Shown: positions 9,017-19,779, numbered from the stretch's first letter. The stretch is 61,070 nucleotides of DNA from Candidatus Krumholzibacteriales bacterium (GCA_046483305.1 JAWODM010000045.1:1-61070), one strand, 5' to 3'. Program-made: numbers and translations. The notes: a model not told the origin generated them from the letters alone.

Positions 9017-11461
9017 TTATCCTATCAGATGATTCAGCCCGGCCTGTTTCAGTTCCTTGTAAAGAGTCCCTCTGGAGATACCCAGCCAGCGGGCTACTTC
9101 TGTTTTGTTGCCGTTGCAGCTCTTCAGAAGCTTCAGCAGGGTTCTCTTCTTTTCTTCTCGCCCGCTGCCGTTGATCAAACTCCCGGCCGCCAGCCTGGCT
9201 CCCGACCCTTTAACTCTCTCGGGCAGCGAATCGGCGGTTATAACTCCGCCCCTGTTTATCCTGCTCATCCTTCTGATTACTGAAATGAACTCTCTTACAT
9301 TCCCGGGCCAGGGGTACCTCTGAATCAGTTTCAGGGCCTGTTTCTCTATCCTTGCCCTCCCGCCATTTTCATTGCCGTTTCCGCAGAGGCAGAATGCCAG
9401 CAGCGGAACTATATCCTCCCGCCTCTCCCTGAGCGGCGGAACCCTGATTATCTCTTCATTAATCCGGAAATAGAAATCTCTTCTCATGGAACCGTCTTCT
9501 ATCTTTTTCTCCAGATCGCGGTTGGTGGCTGAAATCAGTCTCACATCGACTTCCCTCTCGGTATTTTCACCCACTCTTCTAACCTTTCCCTCCTGGAGAA
9601 CCCTCAGCAGTTTGGCCTGCTGAACGGGGTCGAGTTCACCGATCTCGTCAAGGAACAGCGATCCTCCGGAAGCCTCCTCGAACAATCCCTTTCTGTCCGA
9701 ACCCGCGCCGGAAAAGGCCCCTTTCCGGTGTCCAAAGAACTCGCTTTCGAAGAGGCGGTAAGGTACCGCCGAACAGTTGACCGCCACGAAATTCCCCCCG
9801 GACCTTTCACTGATGTCATGCACCGCTCTGGCAACCAGTTCCTTGCCGGTTCCGGTCTCTCCGGTAATCAGGACCGGGCCTTCGCAGGAAGCGGCCAGCT
9901 GCACATCCCTGAGTACGTCCCTCATCAGGCCGGAGACAGAAACGATATCCCGATGAATCATGAACTCCGGGGAAAAGGAAACTTCCACATAACACCTTCT
10001 GTCTCCAGCTGCCGGGACGGCGGGGAAACTCTTTCTGATACCGTACACCTGATCCAGCAACGTTTCGATCCTTTCCCGGAGAGAGTCTGTTTCAATACCG
10101 CCGGCGATATGAGACGTTTCGATCAGCAGATGCCAGATCTTATTCACAGTCTCTCTATTCCCGGAGGATGAAAGACCGTCCCGGTCCAGTTCAAATTTAA
10201 AAAGATTCTCGGCGTAGCTCAGCTTAACCTCCGCCAGATCCATATCGCACCCGGTGGTTCTGAGTATCGCCGCGGACTTCTCGAACAGTTTCTTCCCCGA
10301 ATCGTAATCCCTGGACAGGAATGACAGTTCCGCCATATTCCAGTAGACCAGCCCTTCTTCAGCCCCGGCCTTTATCTTCCTGGAGATTTTCAGGGCTGTT
10401 TCGAAATACTCCTCAGCTTTGCCGAAGTCACCGGTCTCAAGTTTCAGCTTTCCAAGAATCCGGTTCTGCTCCAGAGCGATATCGCTCCCCGGGTTTACTT
10501 CATTTATTGTCTGCAGAGAAGACAGAAGAGATTCCTCAGCCTCGCTATACTTTTTCAATGCCAACCTGGCCTGCCCGGAATAACCTTCCGCCAGGGCCTT
10601 TTCTCTCAGCAGCCGGCTGCTTTCAGCGATCGAATCCGCCTTACGGTACATCATCAGGGCCTGCTCATAATTACCGCGGAGCCGCTCAATATTTCCCAGC
10701 GCCAGATAACTTCTGCATATCCCCGGTTTCCACTCACACTCCCGGAATGCCGAGAGAGCCTCCTCCGCCTTCCTCCGGGCGGGGGTAAAATATCCCCGCC
10801 GGTAAGCGGAGATTGAGCAGTTCAGAGAGGCGGCTCCCCGGTTATATCTGTCGCCGATCCTCCTGGAGATATCCGCCGCCCGCCTGAAATAATCGGCCGC
10901 GTTGGCCAGATACCCGCCACTCATGGAAAGCAGCCCTATACTGCTGAGTACCGCGCACCGCCCGCGCTCATTTCCGGAATGGGTCGCCAGGCCCAGCGCC
11001 GCTTCCAGATTCTCACGGGCTTTATCCGTCTCTCCCAGCTTCATCCGGCAGAGGCCGGTGATCATCATCCGGTTAACCGAGAATTCGCTGTCTCCGGAGT
11101 CCTCAGGACAGCGCTGGATATTTTCAAGGGCGCCCCGGTAATCGCCTCTTCTCCTGAGAATGTTGCTCCTGATAATTATCATCTCCCTGTGAAGCCGGTT
11201 ATCACAATCCAGCCTGTTTATCTTCAGCAGGTTGGCGGCGCTGTTGATATGATTTTCGGACTCTTCAAAACGGGAAAAATAGTAAGCGCTTTTTGCGGAG
11301 GCGATCAGCACCCTGGCGGTTATCCGCGGGCCCGCGTCGGTGGTCTTGACTATTCCCAGAACGTTTCTGGAGCAGATATAGGCCCTCCTGTACTCGCCCC
11401 GTCTGATCATCTGCCCGATCTTATCCAGCAGTTTTTCTATGGTTTCGTTTATGCTCGGCAT
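9017..11461 (-). CDS. Sigma54-dependent activator with N-terminal TPR array, AAA+ domain and Fis-type HTH
   Basis: TPR-like repeats (LALGNIERLRGNYEQALMMYRKA; LGKLKLETGDFGKAEEYFETALKI); [59 protein letters not shown]. Confidence 0.92.
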   Translation of the reverse strand: MPSINETIEKLLDKIGQMIRRGEYRRAYICSRNVLGIVKTTDAGPRITARVLIASAKSAYYFSRFEESENHINSAANLLKINRLDCDNRLHREMIIIRSNILRRRGDYRGALENIQRCPEDSGDSEFSVNRMMITGLCRMKLGETDKARENLEAALGLATHSGNERGRCAVLSSIGLLSMSGGYLANAADYFRRAADISRRIGDRYNRGAASLNCSISAYRRGYFTPARRKAEEALSAFRECEWKPGICRSYLALGNIERLRGNYEQALMMYRKADSIAESSRLLREKALAEGYSGQARLALKKYSEAEESLLSSLQTINEVNPGSDIALEQNRILGKLKLETGDFGKAEEYFETALKISRKIKAGAEEGLVYWNMAELSFLSRDYDSGKKLFEKSAAILRTTGCDMDLAEVKLSYAENLFKFELDRDGLSSSGNRETVNKIWHLLIETSHIAGGIETDSLRERIETLLDQVYGIRKSFPAVPAAGDRRCYVEVSFSPEFMIHRDIVSVSGLMRDVLRDVQLAASCEGPVLITGETGTGKELVARAVHDISERSGGNFVAVNCSAVPYRLFESEFFGHRKGAFSGAGSDRKGLFEEASGGSLFLDEIGELDPVQQAKLLRVLQEGKVRRVGENTEREVDVRLISATNRDLEKKIEDGSMRRDFYFRINEEIIRVPPLRERREDIVPLLAFCLCGNGNENGGRARIEKQALKLIQRYPWPGNVREFISVIRRMSRINRGGVITADSLPERVKGSGARLAAGSLINGSGREEKKRTLLKLLKSCNGNKTEVARWLGISRGTLYKELKQAGLNHLIG

Positions 11462-11793
11462 CAGAATAAGATTTTATCAATGTTGTTATAAAATGAATAT
11501 ATGAACAGTTCGAATTTATATGTGAGAGCCACGCGGTTATCAATAACAGGTTTTTCCCGGCCGCTGCCGGTCCAGTTGCTGCCTGAGGCTCCGCTGTTTT
11601 CGCTGCTGTCGGGAACCGGTTCAACAAGAATACTGAGATGGGGGTCTTCGCCCGGATCGGCGCATGAAGGATTGATTATCGCGTACTGTTTAGCCGGTAC
11701 CGGATTTCTTGCCACGGCCGGAGAGGACGCGGAAATGCAGATAACAGCGGCTATCAGCATCAGCGGCAGCATATAGCAGACAAAGAATTTCAT
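11461..11793 (-). CDS. Small secreted protein / candidate signalling pro-peptide (110 aa)
   Basis: Start reassigned to ATG 11793 (MKFFVCYMLPLMLIAAVICISASSPAVA, a signal peptide with an AVA site). Its stop overlaps the activator start (TGATG). Confidence 0.7.
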   Translation of the reverse strand: MKFFVCYMLPLMLIAAVICISASSPAVARNPVPAKQYAIINPSCADPGEDPHLSILVEPVPDSSENSGASGSNWTGSGREKPVIDNRVALTYKFELFIYSFYNNIDKILF

Positions 11794-12427
11794 GAGCAGT
11801 CCTTTTAACCGTTTAAACCACCGGCATAAGAACACCGGTCCATATTCAGTAATTTTGCCGCCTTTACAAAACCGCTGTAACATACATTCTAACAAATTAC
11901 CTTTACCCCTGTCAACCCCGGGAGCTGGAGGGCCGCCTGGCGCGCCCCCGGGGATCGGCTGTTTCTTTTTTAAATACAGACGCTTATCAACATCTGTGTT
12001 TCCGCAAAAATTATCAGTTCTCATACCTGGGTGCTCCCCCCGGGTTATATGATCCGGTTTCTGGATGAACAATCAGTCCTCTGTCCTTCTGAATCTCCCT
12101 ATCCCCCAAACCTTCAAATTGACATGCAGCGCGCTATCTCAGGCGGCAAACGGATCATCCGGGTCTGGAAACATACTTCAAACACCTCCGCAAGTTTGTA
12201 ATATCAAGGAGCGTTCCGTAAAAGACAGCGATTGCAGAATATGCGTAAAACGTTGTCATACCGGATATTATAGAGCAATCTCGCCGGGCCCGCCGGGCAT
12301 GAACCGTTCATTTGAACAGATCCGGTGTCAAATTAACTCTTTAAAATGAACAATCACCCATGTTTTAAAATTGATTTTTTCCGCGGCGGGCGGTATAACT
12401 GTTATCAGGAAGGGAATGGGCAAGGAT

Positions 12428-14068
12428 ATGAAAAAAGATGACAGCATAAATCCTGATGACTTCTTTGCCGAGGCTGAATCCAGCCTTAATGAAATAGAGA
12501 AGTCGGAGAGCGTCCGGAGCGCCTCGGATGCGGCGGAGCAGCTGAAAAAATACCGGCACCGGGTAAACAAGCTCGAAATCCTCATTAATATAACCAAATC
12601 TCTCAACTCCACCCTGAACCTCAACAAACTGCTGGCCCGGATAATCGACTCCATAATTAAGCTCGCCGATACCGACCGGGGATTTCTGATGCTGGAGGAC
12701 AGCAATAGTGAAATGGTGTTCCGCATAGCCAGGGATAAGGATGAATCGCCCCTGAATGAGAACGATTTCGAGGTTAGCACCAGCATCATAAAAACGGTGG
12801 CTGAAAACGGAAAGCCGCTGTTCATCCCGGATATGCTGCAGAACGAACAGTTCAAGAACAAGGAAAGCGTCATAGACCTTCAGCTGAGAACCGCCATATG
12901 TGTTCCCCTGATTTCCAACAACAAGATTATCGGGGTTATCTATACTGACGCCAGCAGGCTCTCGGGGGAGATTACCGATGACAACATCTCCCTGGTTTCA
13001 GCCTTCGCCTCTCAGGCCGCCATAGCGATAGAAAATGCCCGCCTCCACGGAGAGCTGGTTCTCTCCAGGGATAACCTGGAAAAGGAGAACCGGCAACTGA
13101 AGCGGGAACTATCCGAGAAGTATGAATTCTCCGGAATTATAGGCAAGAGCAAAGCCATGCAGTCGATTTTCCATACCATCCGTAAAATCGCATCCTTCGA
13201 CACCACCGTTCTGATAACAGGAGAAACCGGTACCGGAAAGGAACTGATAGCAAAAGCGATTCATTATAACAGCGGCAGAAAGGATAACAAGCTGGTAACC
13301 ATCAACTGCGGAGCGATGCCTAATGAGCTCCTGGAGAGCGAGCTTTTCGGACACAGGAAAGGAGCCTTTACCGGCGCGTCCAGGGATAAGGCCGGGTTAT
13401 TCGAGACCGCGGACGGCGGAACCATCTTTCTGGATGAGATAGGCGATATGCCTCAGCCCCTGCAGATAAAGCTTCTCAGAACCCTCCAGGAAGGAGAGAT
13501 AAGGCGGGTGGGAGAGAATGCATCCAGAAGCGTGGATGTAAGGATAATAGCCGCCACCAACAGAGATCTGGGAGAGGATGTAAGGACCGGCGATTTCCGG
13601 CAGGACCTGTTCTACCGGCTGAACGTAATACCGATAAAAATACCCCCCCTCAGGAAGAGACGGGAAGATATTCTCCCGCTGACTGAGCATTTCATAGAGA
13701 AATATTCCTCCAGAATGGGCAAGGAAAATATCAGGATCGCTCCGGAAGCGGTCGAGCTGCTGGTTTCTTTCAACTTTCCAGGCAATGTTCGGGAACTTGA
13801 AAATACCATTGAAAGGGCTATGGCTCTCAGCGGCGAATCACCGGTACTGATGGCCGAGCATTTTCCCCAGCTTCAGGGGTTCGCCCCGGACCGCCACCCG
13901 GACGGAAGCGACAAGTCGCTCAAGAAGAGGTTGAAGTCTCTGGAGAAGAGCATCATCCAGGAGACCCTGTCCGAAACCGGCGGCAAGGTTACCAGAGCGG
14001 CCGAGTTACTGGACATATCCAGGCAGCATCTCCATAATAAAATCAATGAATATGATATCGATTACTGA
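12428..14068 (+). CDS. GAF-domain sigma54-dependent activator (NifA/FhlA-like architecture)
   Basis: GAF region ([25 protein letters not shown]); [34 protein letters not shown]-terminal HTH. Start uncertain. Confidence 0.93.
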   Translation: MKKDDSINPDDFFAEAESSLNEIEKSESVRSASDAAEQLKKYRHRVNKLEILINITKSLNSTLNLNKLLARIIDSIIKLADTDRGFLMLEDSNSEMVFRIARDKDESPLNENDFEVSTSIIKTVAENGKPLFIPDMLQNEQFKNKESVIDLQLRTAICVPLISNNKIIGVIYTDASRLSGEITDDNISLVSAFASQAAIAIENARLHGELVLSRDNLEKENRQLKRELSEKYEFSGIIGKSKAMQSIFHTIRKIASFDTTVLITGETGTGKELIAKAIHYNSGRKDNKLVTINCGAMPNELLESELFGHRKGAFTGASRDKAGLFETADGGTIFLDEIGDMPQPLQIKLLRTLQEGEIRRVGENASRSVDVRIIAATNRDLGEDVRTGDFRQDLFYRLNVIPIKIPPLRKRREDILPLTEHFIEKYSSRMGKENIRIAPEAVELLVSFNFPGNVRELENTIERAMALSGESPVLMAEHFPQLQGFAPDRHPDGSDKSLKKRLKSLEKSIIQETLSETGGKVTRAAELLDISRQHLHNKINEYDIDY

Positions 14069-14103
14069 CCTTCCGGGACCGGAAACTGCGAGAGTAATAC
14101 GTA

Positions 14104-15171
14104 ATGGCTGAGAAATCCCCCAGAATACCCCTGTACTACCATCCCGATTTTGCCGGATACGATTTCGGCCCCGGCCACCCGTTCAGGGGAAAGCGTTTTA
14201 CCGGTTTCATGGAGGCTCTGAGAAACAGGTTTCCCGGGATATATTCCCGGTTCGAAATCCTTCCCCCCGAACCTGCTTCCGAAGAAATGATCCTCCGCGC
14301 CCATGACTCATCATATTACAGCAGGCTTCTGCAACTGGAAAAACGGGGAGGCCGGCTTACCCTCGATACCGTGGTTCTTCCAGGCTCCATTCGGGCGGCG
14401 GCCATGATATCGGGCGCCTCTCTGGCGGCGGTTCAGGCGGCGGCGGAAGGGGGGGCGGCGGTATCCTTCGGAGGGCTCCACCACGCCGGAAGGAATTACG
14501 GAGGAGGTTTCTGCCTGATCAATGACGTGGCGGTGGCCGCTTATGAACTTCTTGAAAAAGGCTTCTCCAGGATCCTGATACTGGACACAGACGCCCACCA
14601 GGGTAACGGAACCATGGATATATTCTACAATGACCCCCGGATACTTTTCATATCGCTTCACCAGGACCCGGCAACTCTTTTCCCCGGTGTGGGTTTTCCC
14701 GGTGAAACCGGGTCAGGCCCCGGCGCGGGATACACGGTCAACATCCCACTCCCCCCCCTTTCAGATATATCGGTCTACCGGAAGGCGATGAATGAGCTGG
14801 TATTCCCTCTGATTGAATCTTTTGAGCCGGAGATCCTGATCAGAAACGGGGGAAGCGACCCCCTGCAGACGGACACTCTTACCGGCCTGGGGCTGGATCC
14901 TGCCGGCCTGAGAGAAATTATAGAAAGCATCCACACCAGCTGCCGCGAAGCCGGCATACCGGTAGCCGACCTCTTTCTGAGCGGGTACGGACCGCATGTA
15001 ACCGAAGGATGGCTGATGATAGCCGCCGGGATAACCGGAGAACCAGCGGAAGTAAGTATACCTGGAGCCCTTTCTCCTTCAGAGGATCGGAAAAACTTCA
15101 ATCTTGAGGTTATCGAGGATACCATCGGCAAAGTGAAATCTAACATTGAACCTTACTGGGGTTCCATTTAG
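14104..15171 (+). CDS. Histone deacetylase family protein (AcuC-like)
   Basis: GPGHPF, GGLHHA, GGFC..ND, DTDAHQGNGT, SLHQ and GSD motifs. Confidence 0.9.
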   Translation: MAEKSPRIPLYYHPDFAGYDFGPGHPFRGKRFTGFMEALRNRFPGIYSRFEILPPEPASEEMILRAHDSSYYSRLLQLEKRGGRLTLDTVVLPGSIRAAAMISGASLAAVQAAAEGGAAVSFGGLHHAGRNYGGGFCLINDVAVAAYELLEKGFSRILILDTDAHQGNGTMDIFYNDPRILFISLHQDPATLFPGVGFPGETGSGPGAGYTVNIPLPPLSDISVYRKAMNELVFPLIESFEPEILIRNGGSDPLQTDTLTGLGLDPAGLREIIESIHTSCREAGIPVADLFLSGYGPHVTEGWLMIAAGITGEPAEVSIPGALSPSEDRKNFNLEVIEDTIGKVKSNIEPYWGSI

Positions 15172-15256
15172 AATCAGTAACGTTGCTCGCTCCTTCGAGC
15201 GCGGAAAGGAATTAATACGGCCGGACCGGATAGAAGTAAGCAAGGAGAGGATTTCA

Positions 15257-15739
15257 ATGGAAATAAAGACTGTAGCAATAGAAAAGCCGGAAGAGACTAA
15301 TTTCATACTGGGCCAGTCTCATTTCATAAAAACGGTCGAAGATCTTCACGAGGCCCTGATAACATCTGTTCCCGGACTGAAATTCGGCCTGGCATTCTGT
15401 GAGGCCTCCGGGGACAGGCTGATACGATTTTCCGGAACCGACGACCAGATGACGGACCTGGCGGTAAGGAACGTAAAAGCTCTGGCGGCGGGGCACTCCT
15501 TCATAATATTCCTGAAGGATGTTTTTCCGATAAATGTGCTGGGAGCTGTCAGGAATGTTCAGGAGGTCTGCCGGATATTCTGCGCCACCGCCAACCGTAC
15601 CGAGGTGATAATCGGGGAAACGGAGCAGGGAAGAGGGATAATGGGCGTAATAGACGGAGAGGTTCCGCTGGGAGTGGAGAAAGAAGAGGGCAAAGAGTGG
15701 AGAAGCTGCCTGCTGCGCAAGATAGGCTACAAGCTGTAA
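15257..15739 (+). CDS. Adenosine-specific kinase family protein (DUF355)
   Basis: GQSHFIKTVEDL, FGLAFCEASG, EVCRIFCATAN and IGYKL motifs; ATG after AAGGAGAGG. Confidence 0.88.
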   Translation: MEIKTVAIEKPEETNFILGQSHFIKTVEDLHEALITSVPGLKFGLAFCEASGDRLIRFSGTDDQMTDLAVRNVKALAAGHSFIIFLKDVFPINVLGAVRNVQEVCRIFCATANRTEVIIGETEQGRGIMGVIDGEVPLGVEKEEGKEWRSCLLRKIGYKL

Positions 15740-15754
15740 ATGACCGGCGGCTGA

Positions 15755-17647
15755 TCAGCCCAGGCCCAGCCTTTTGATTCTGTAAAGCAGAGTGGTTCTG
15801 CTGAGCCCCAGAATTCTGGCGGCGGCAGACCGGTTTCCGCAGCTTGTTTCCAGGGCTCTGATTATTTCGTCCCTTTCCAGGCGGTCGAGTTTTTCATCCA
15901 GGGAAAGGGTCCGGCAGGATAACAGGCCCAGGAGCAGTTCCGCCGAGAGATCGGCAGTCCTTATCACCCTTCCGCCAGATCTGAACAGCGCTCCGGCGAT
16001 TTCATTTTTCAACTGCCTTACATTTCCCGGCCAGGAAAAACTAAACAGCGCCCTTTCCGCTTCTTCGCTCAGAACAGCCTCCACGGCGCCCATCTTCCGG
16101 CTGAAACCGGAAAGGAAATGCCTGGCCAGCGGAATTATATCCTCCCTCCTGGAGGATAGAGGAGGCAACCGGAATTTAAAGACGTTCAGGCGGTAATACA
16201 AGTCCTCACGGAAACTGCCCGATTCAACCGCCTCCTCCAGGTCGCGGTTGCTGGCGGCAATAATCCGGGCGGAGCTCCTGCCCTCCCTGTCCGACCCCAC
16301 CGGGCGGTACCTGCCGGTATCCAGAAAATCAAGAAGCCTGGCCTGTCCTCTGCCGTCCAGTTCGGATATCTCATCGAGAAAGAGAGTGCCGCCGGCGGCT
16401 GTTTCCACCAGCCCTTTCCGGGGAGCCACCGCCCCGGTGAAAGCTCCCCTCCGATGGCCGAACATGACGCTTTCGAAGAGCTCTCCGGAAAGAGACGCTG
16501 AATTGACCGACACGAAAGGCAGATCCCCCCTTCCACTCCAGTTATGTATCATCCCCGCCAGAAGGCTTTTGCCGCTGCCGGTGGGGCCGGTAAGCAGAAC
16601 CGGGAAATCCAGGGCGGCCCCCTTCCTGATCCTGCTGATAAGGCTTTTCATAGCCGGACTCCCGGCAATGAAGGGACAGCCGGGCAACCCCTGAGCTCCT
16701 GTTGCCCCGGAACGGCATGCATTATCAGCGCGGGGCAAAGTTTCACCTGTCCATTCAGCGGGCCCTTCCAGCCGGGCGGCATGTTTCATCAGCCCTCCGG
16801 CATGAGCTTTACCCCCATTTTCTTCAGCAGCATCTCTCCCATCCTCTATTGCTTCCCTTATCATCAGATAAGCCGCCCTCTGAGGCGGGAATCTCTCCAT
16901 AAGATCAGACTGCGCATCGGCCCTGCGAAGCACCTCCGAGGCCGCGTCATACCGGCCGGAACGCAGGAGCACCTCGGCATACAGAAGAAGGGCCCTGAGC
17001 CGGCGGTACCCGCTGCCGGGGCCCTGGCAGCGCTCCAGAAACCGGCATACCGAATCGCAGGCCCTGCGGTATTCCGAGCTGGAAATATCAACCACCGCCT
17101 CTACCAGGTCCAGGTATCGGGATGCCGCCTTCTCTTTTTCACAGATGTACACTCGCCTGGAGAATTCCAGGTAGGAACGGGCCTTTTCGGCTTTTCCGGC
17201 TCTGGCCAGAATTACCGCCAGGTTCGAAGATGCCCTGGCCGCTGAAACTGACTGATTATTTCTCAGGCAGAGCCGGTGAGTGTGACGCAGGAGCCTGCCC
17301 GCCTGGCGGGATCTCCCCCCGTACTTCATTATAAGAGCTCTGTTTATCCACAGGCCAAAGGGGTACACTGCCTCCGGCATGGCATGAAACGATCTGGAAG
17401 AAAGACGCAGGCAGGCAAGCGACTTATCGAGCTCTCCGATCATAAGGTATACTCTGGAAAGCAACGCCGCCGCCCGGGCCCCTGAATAGTCAAGCAACCT
17501 GTCCTCTTCCCCCAGTAAAGAAAGAAGGGGTTCGATTATCTCCCCCCTGCCGTCCAGGAACCGGATATACCTTTCTTCCAGTTCAGATGGTATCCTCATC
17601 CCGGACCCTCTCTTTCTGGAATCTGATATTCCGGTCGAATCTCTCAT
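15755..17647 (-). CDS. Sigma54-dependent activator with degenerate TPR-like N-terminus
   Basis: GPTGSGKS, ESVMFGHRRGAFTGA, FLDEISEL, WPGNVRQL; HTH GNRSAAARILGLSRTTL. Confidence 0.88.
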   Translation of the reverse strand: MRDSTGISDSRKRGSGMRIPSELEERYIRFLDGRGEIIEPLLSLLGEEDRLLDYSGARAAALLSRVYLMIGELDKSLACLRLSSRSFHAMPEAVYPFGLWINRALIMKYGGRSRQAGRLLRHTHRLCLRNNQSVSAARASSNLAVILARAGKAEKARSYLEFSRRVYICEKEKAASRYLDLVEAVVDISSSEYRRACDSVCRFLERCQGPGSGYRRLRALLLYAEVLLRSGRYDAASEVLRRADAQSDLMERFPPQRAAYLMIREAIEDGRDAAEENGGKAHAGGLMKHAARLEGPAEWTGETLPRADNACRSGATGAQGLPGCPFIAGSPAMKSLISRIRKGAALDFPVLLTGPTGSGKSLLAGMIHNWSGRGDLPFVSVNSASLSGELFESVMFGHRRGAFTGAVAPRKGLVETAAGGTLFLDEISELDGRGQARLLDFLDTGRYRPVGSDREGRSSARIIAASNRDLEEAVESGSFREDLYYRLNVFKFRLPPLSSRREDIIPLARHFLSGFSRKMGAVEAVLSEEAERALFSFSWPGNVRQLKNEIAGALFRSGGRVIRTADLSAELLLGLLSCRTLSLDEKLDRLERDEIIRALETSCGNRSAAARILGLSRTTLLYRIKRLGLG

Positions 17648-17711
17648 TATTATACCATAACCGGGCCGGTTATTTCAAACCGGCCAGCCGGAAAAGCGGT
17701 ATCGATGCGCT

Positions 17712-18131
17712 CTATTCCCCGATAATTTTCACCAGCACCCTCTTTTTTCTCTTTCCGTCGAACTCTCCGTAGAATATCTGTTCCCAGGGGCCGAAATCCA
17801 GCTCGCCATCAGTCACAGCCACCACCACTTCCCTTCCCATTACCTGCCTCTTGAGGTGGGCGTCTCCGTTATCCTCCCCGGTGAGATTATGCCTGTATCT
17901 GTCCAGCGGCTGGTGAGGAGCCAGCTCCTCAAGCCATCTTTCGTAATCATCATGAAGCCCGCTTTCATCATCATTAATGAATACGCTGGAGGTGATGTGC
18001 ATGGAGTTTACCAGCGCCAGCCCCTCCCTTATACCGCTCTCCGAAAGGCACTCGCTTACCCGCGGTGTAATATTCATGAACCCCCTCCGCCGGGGTATAT
18101 CAAACCATAATTCCTTCCTGAAGCTTTTCAT
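17712..18131 (-). CDS. yjbQ: YjbQ/UPF0047 family protein
   Basis: [18 protein letters not shown] and [13 protein letters not shown] motifs. Confidence 0.92.
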   Translation of the reverse strand: MKSFRKELWFDIPRRRGFMNITPRVSECLSESGIREGLALVNSMHITSSVFINDDESGLHDDYERWLEELAPHQPLDRYRHNLTGEDNGDAHLKRQVMGREVVVAVTDGELDFGPWEQIFYGEFDGKRKKRVLVKIIGE

Positions 18132-18376
18132 GAGAACCTCCTGTTTAAACTACTATACATAAATTATAACCGTCCTCCCGTTCAAGTAAACATATCTGTG
18201 GCCGGGGACTGACAGCGGCTGAATAGTTGTGATTCGCGAGCCTATACATTATCATGAGAACTGGATAACGGGATTAAGGGGTACCGCCGTTCGTACCCTT
18301 TCTGGCCGATGCGCCCTTAAACAGTGTTTTCGGAAACCTTTGAGGCGGAAACAGCCGTGCGGAGAAGAACCTTACC

Positions 18377-19633
18377 ATGAAACCTGAGAGAGTGATAATA
18401 ACTTTACTGGCAGCTTTCCTGTTCCTCATTCCCTCCGGAACCGGCGCCCGGGAAGGTCCCCCGAGGATTGTCTCTGTTCAATTCCGCGGCGTCAGGGGTG
18501 TGGACAAATCTTTCCTGGCTGAAGAGATATCCATGGGCGAGGGCGATTCATATTCAACGCCCGGGCTGAGAGAGGATATTCGAAGACTGGAAAACCTACG
18601 CCTGTTCAGCAGCATAGAAGCTGATACAGCAACCGCTCCGGGAGGGGGGGTGCTGATCACATATACTCTGGAGGAAAACCTTTACTGGATAATAACCCCC
18701 TTCTTATACAAGGAAGATGATTACGGGGTCGTCTACGGCCTCCAATACGCAAACAGCAACCTGTTCGGCAGGAAATATTCCACCTACTGCGCCGGCAACA
18801 GCGGGGGTCTGAAGGGGGGGCAGATAAATTTCGCCCGGGAAATGACCAATTCGAGAGACTACGGCTTCGAAATCGCTGCGGAGATGGCTGAATCGGAGCA
18901 CCCGGTGCTTGATTACTGGCAGCGGAACCATATCCTGGGCGTATCGGTATACCGCAGGATAGGTTCTGCTCCTGCCGGTTACAGCATCCGGCGCTACCTG
19001 GGATTCTCTGCCGCCCTGGAAGTAAAGGAATTCAAGGCCGGCGGGATTTCCCTGGCTTCCGATGATTCGGATGTGGCAGTGAAGAACACCCTGTCATTTC
19101 AGTACGACGACACCGATATATTGTACAACCCGGGAAGGGGGAAAAGGATCGGTTTCGCGGTCGGTTACTGGAATATCAACGGTTCTGAAAATATAAAATC
19201 CGCCTCCTCGGCGCTATCCGCGTATAAGCCGCTCTCAGGCCATGCGGTGCTGGCCGGTAATATCTCCTGCGAACTCTACGCGGACCCGCTCCCGTTCTAC
19301 TATCTGAATTTCCTGGGTGGATATAATTTCAGGGGGTGCCGCTACGGCGACTACCACGGGGATTCATATTTAACCTCGAGTATTGAGCTCAGGATTCTTC
19401 CACGCAGGAGATTAAATTTGTGGAAGAGTTTTCTGGAACCGGCGGCCGCCCTGTTCGTGGACGGAGCCGTAATCGGGGGATACGACAACTTCTACCGGAA
19501 CAGGGTACACACCGGATACGGAATATCATTCGGGGTCCTTACCCCCTACATCAGCCCGTTCTTCCATCTCGCCTGGAATGAAAAAGGAGATCTGATAGAC
19601 TACCTGTCACTTCAGAGCGGCTGGAAGTTCTGA
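18377..19633 (+). CDS. Omp85/BamA-TamA family outer-membrane protein with a single POTRA domain
   Basis: Signal peptide; POTRA (DIRRLENLRLFSSI); NLFGR; LGGYNFRG; FVDGA; C-terminal WKF. Confidence 0.8.
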   Translation: MKPERVIITLLAAFLFLIPSGTGAREGPPRIVSVQFRGVRGVDKSFLAEEISMGEGDSYSTPGLREDIRRLENLRLFSSIEADTATAPGGGVLITYTLEENLYWIITPFLYKEDDYGVVYGLQYANSNLFGRKYSTYCAGNSGGLKGGQINFAREMTNSRDYGFEIAAEMAESEHPVLDYWQRNHILGVSVYRRIGSAPAGYSIRRYLGFSAALEVKEFKAGGISLASDDSDVAVKNTLSFQYDDTDILYNPGRGKRIGFAVGYWNINGSENIKSASSALSAYKPLSGHAVLAGNISCELYADPLPFYYLNFLGGYNFRGCRYGDYHGDSYLTSSIELRILPRRRLNLWKSFLEPAAALFVDGAVIGGYDNFYRNRVHTGYGISFGVLTPYISPFFHLAWNEKGDLIDYLSLQSGWKF

Positions 19634-19779
19634 AGCTGAAAATACGGTTACCGGATCATCCGGCAGATGGCGGCTGATTTTAATCTGGGCATAAAGCTGG
19701 CAAGCTGATAACATGGATGCCGTAATTTAAAACCGATTATCAAATTCGGAGGAGTAAGATTCTTAAGAAAACGGGGCTG

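Noticed and set aside
11794..12072. N-terminal 93 codons of the 203-aa ORF
   Set aside because: Not protein-like, and a clean signal peptide begins at the internal ATG 11793.
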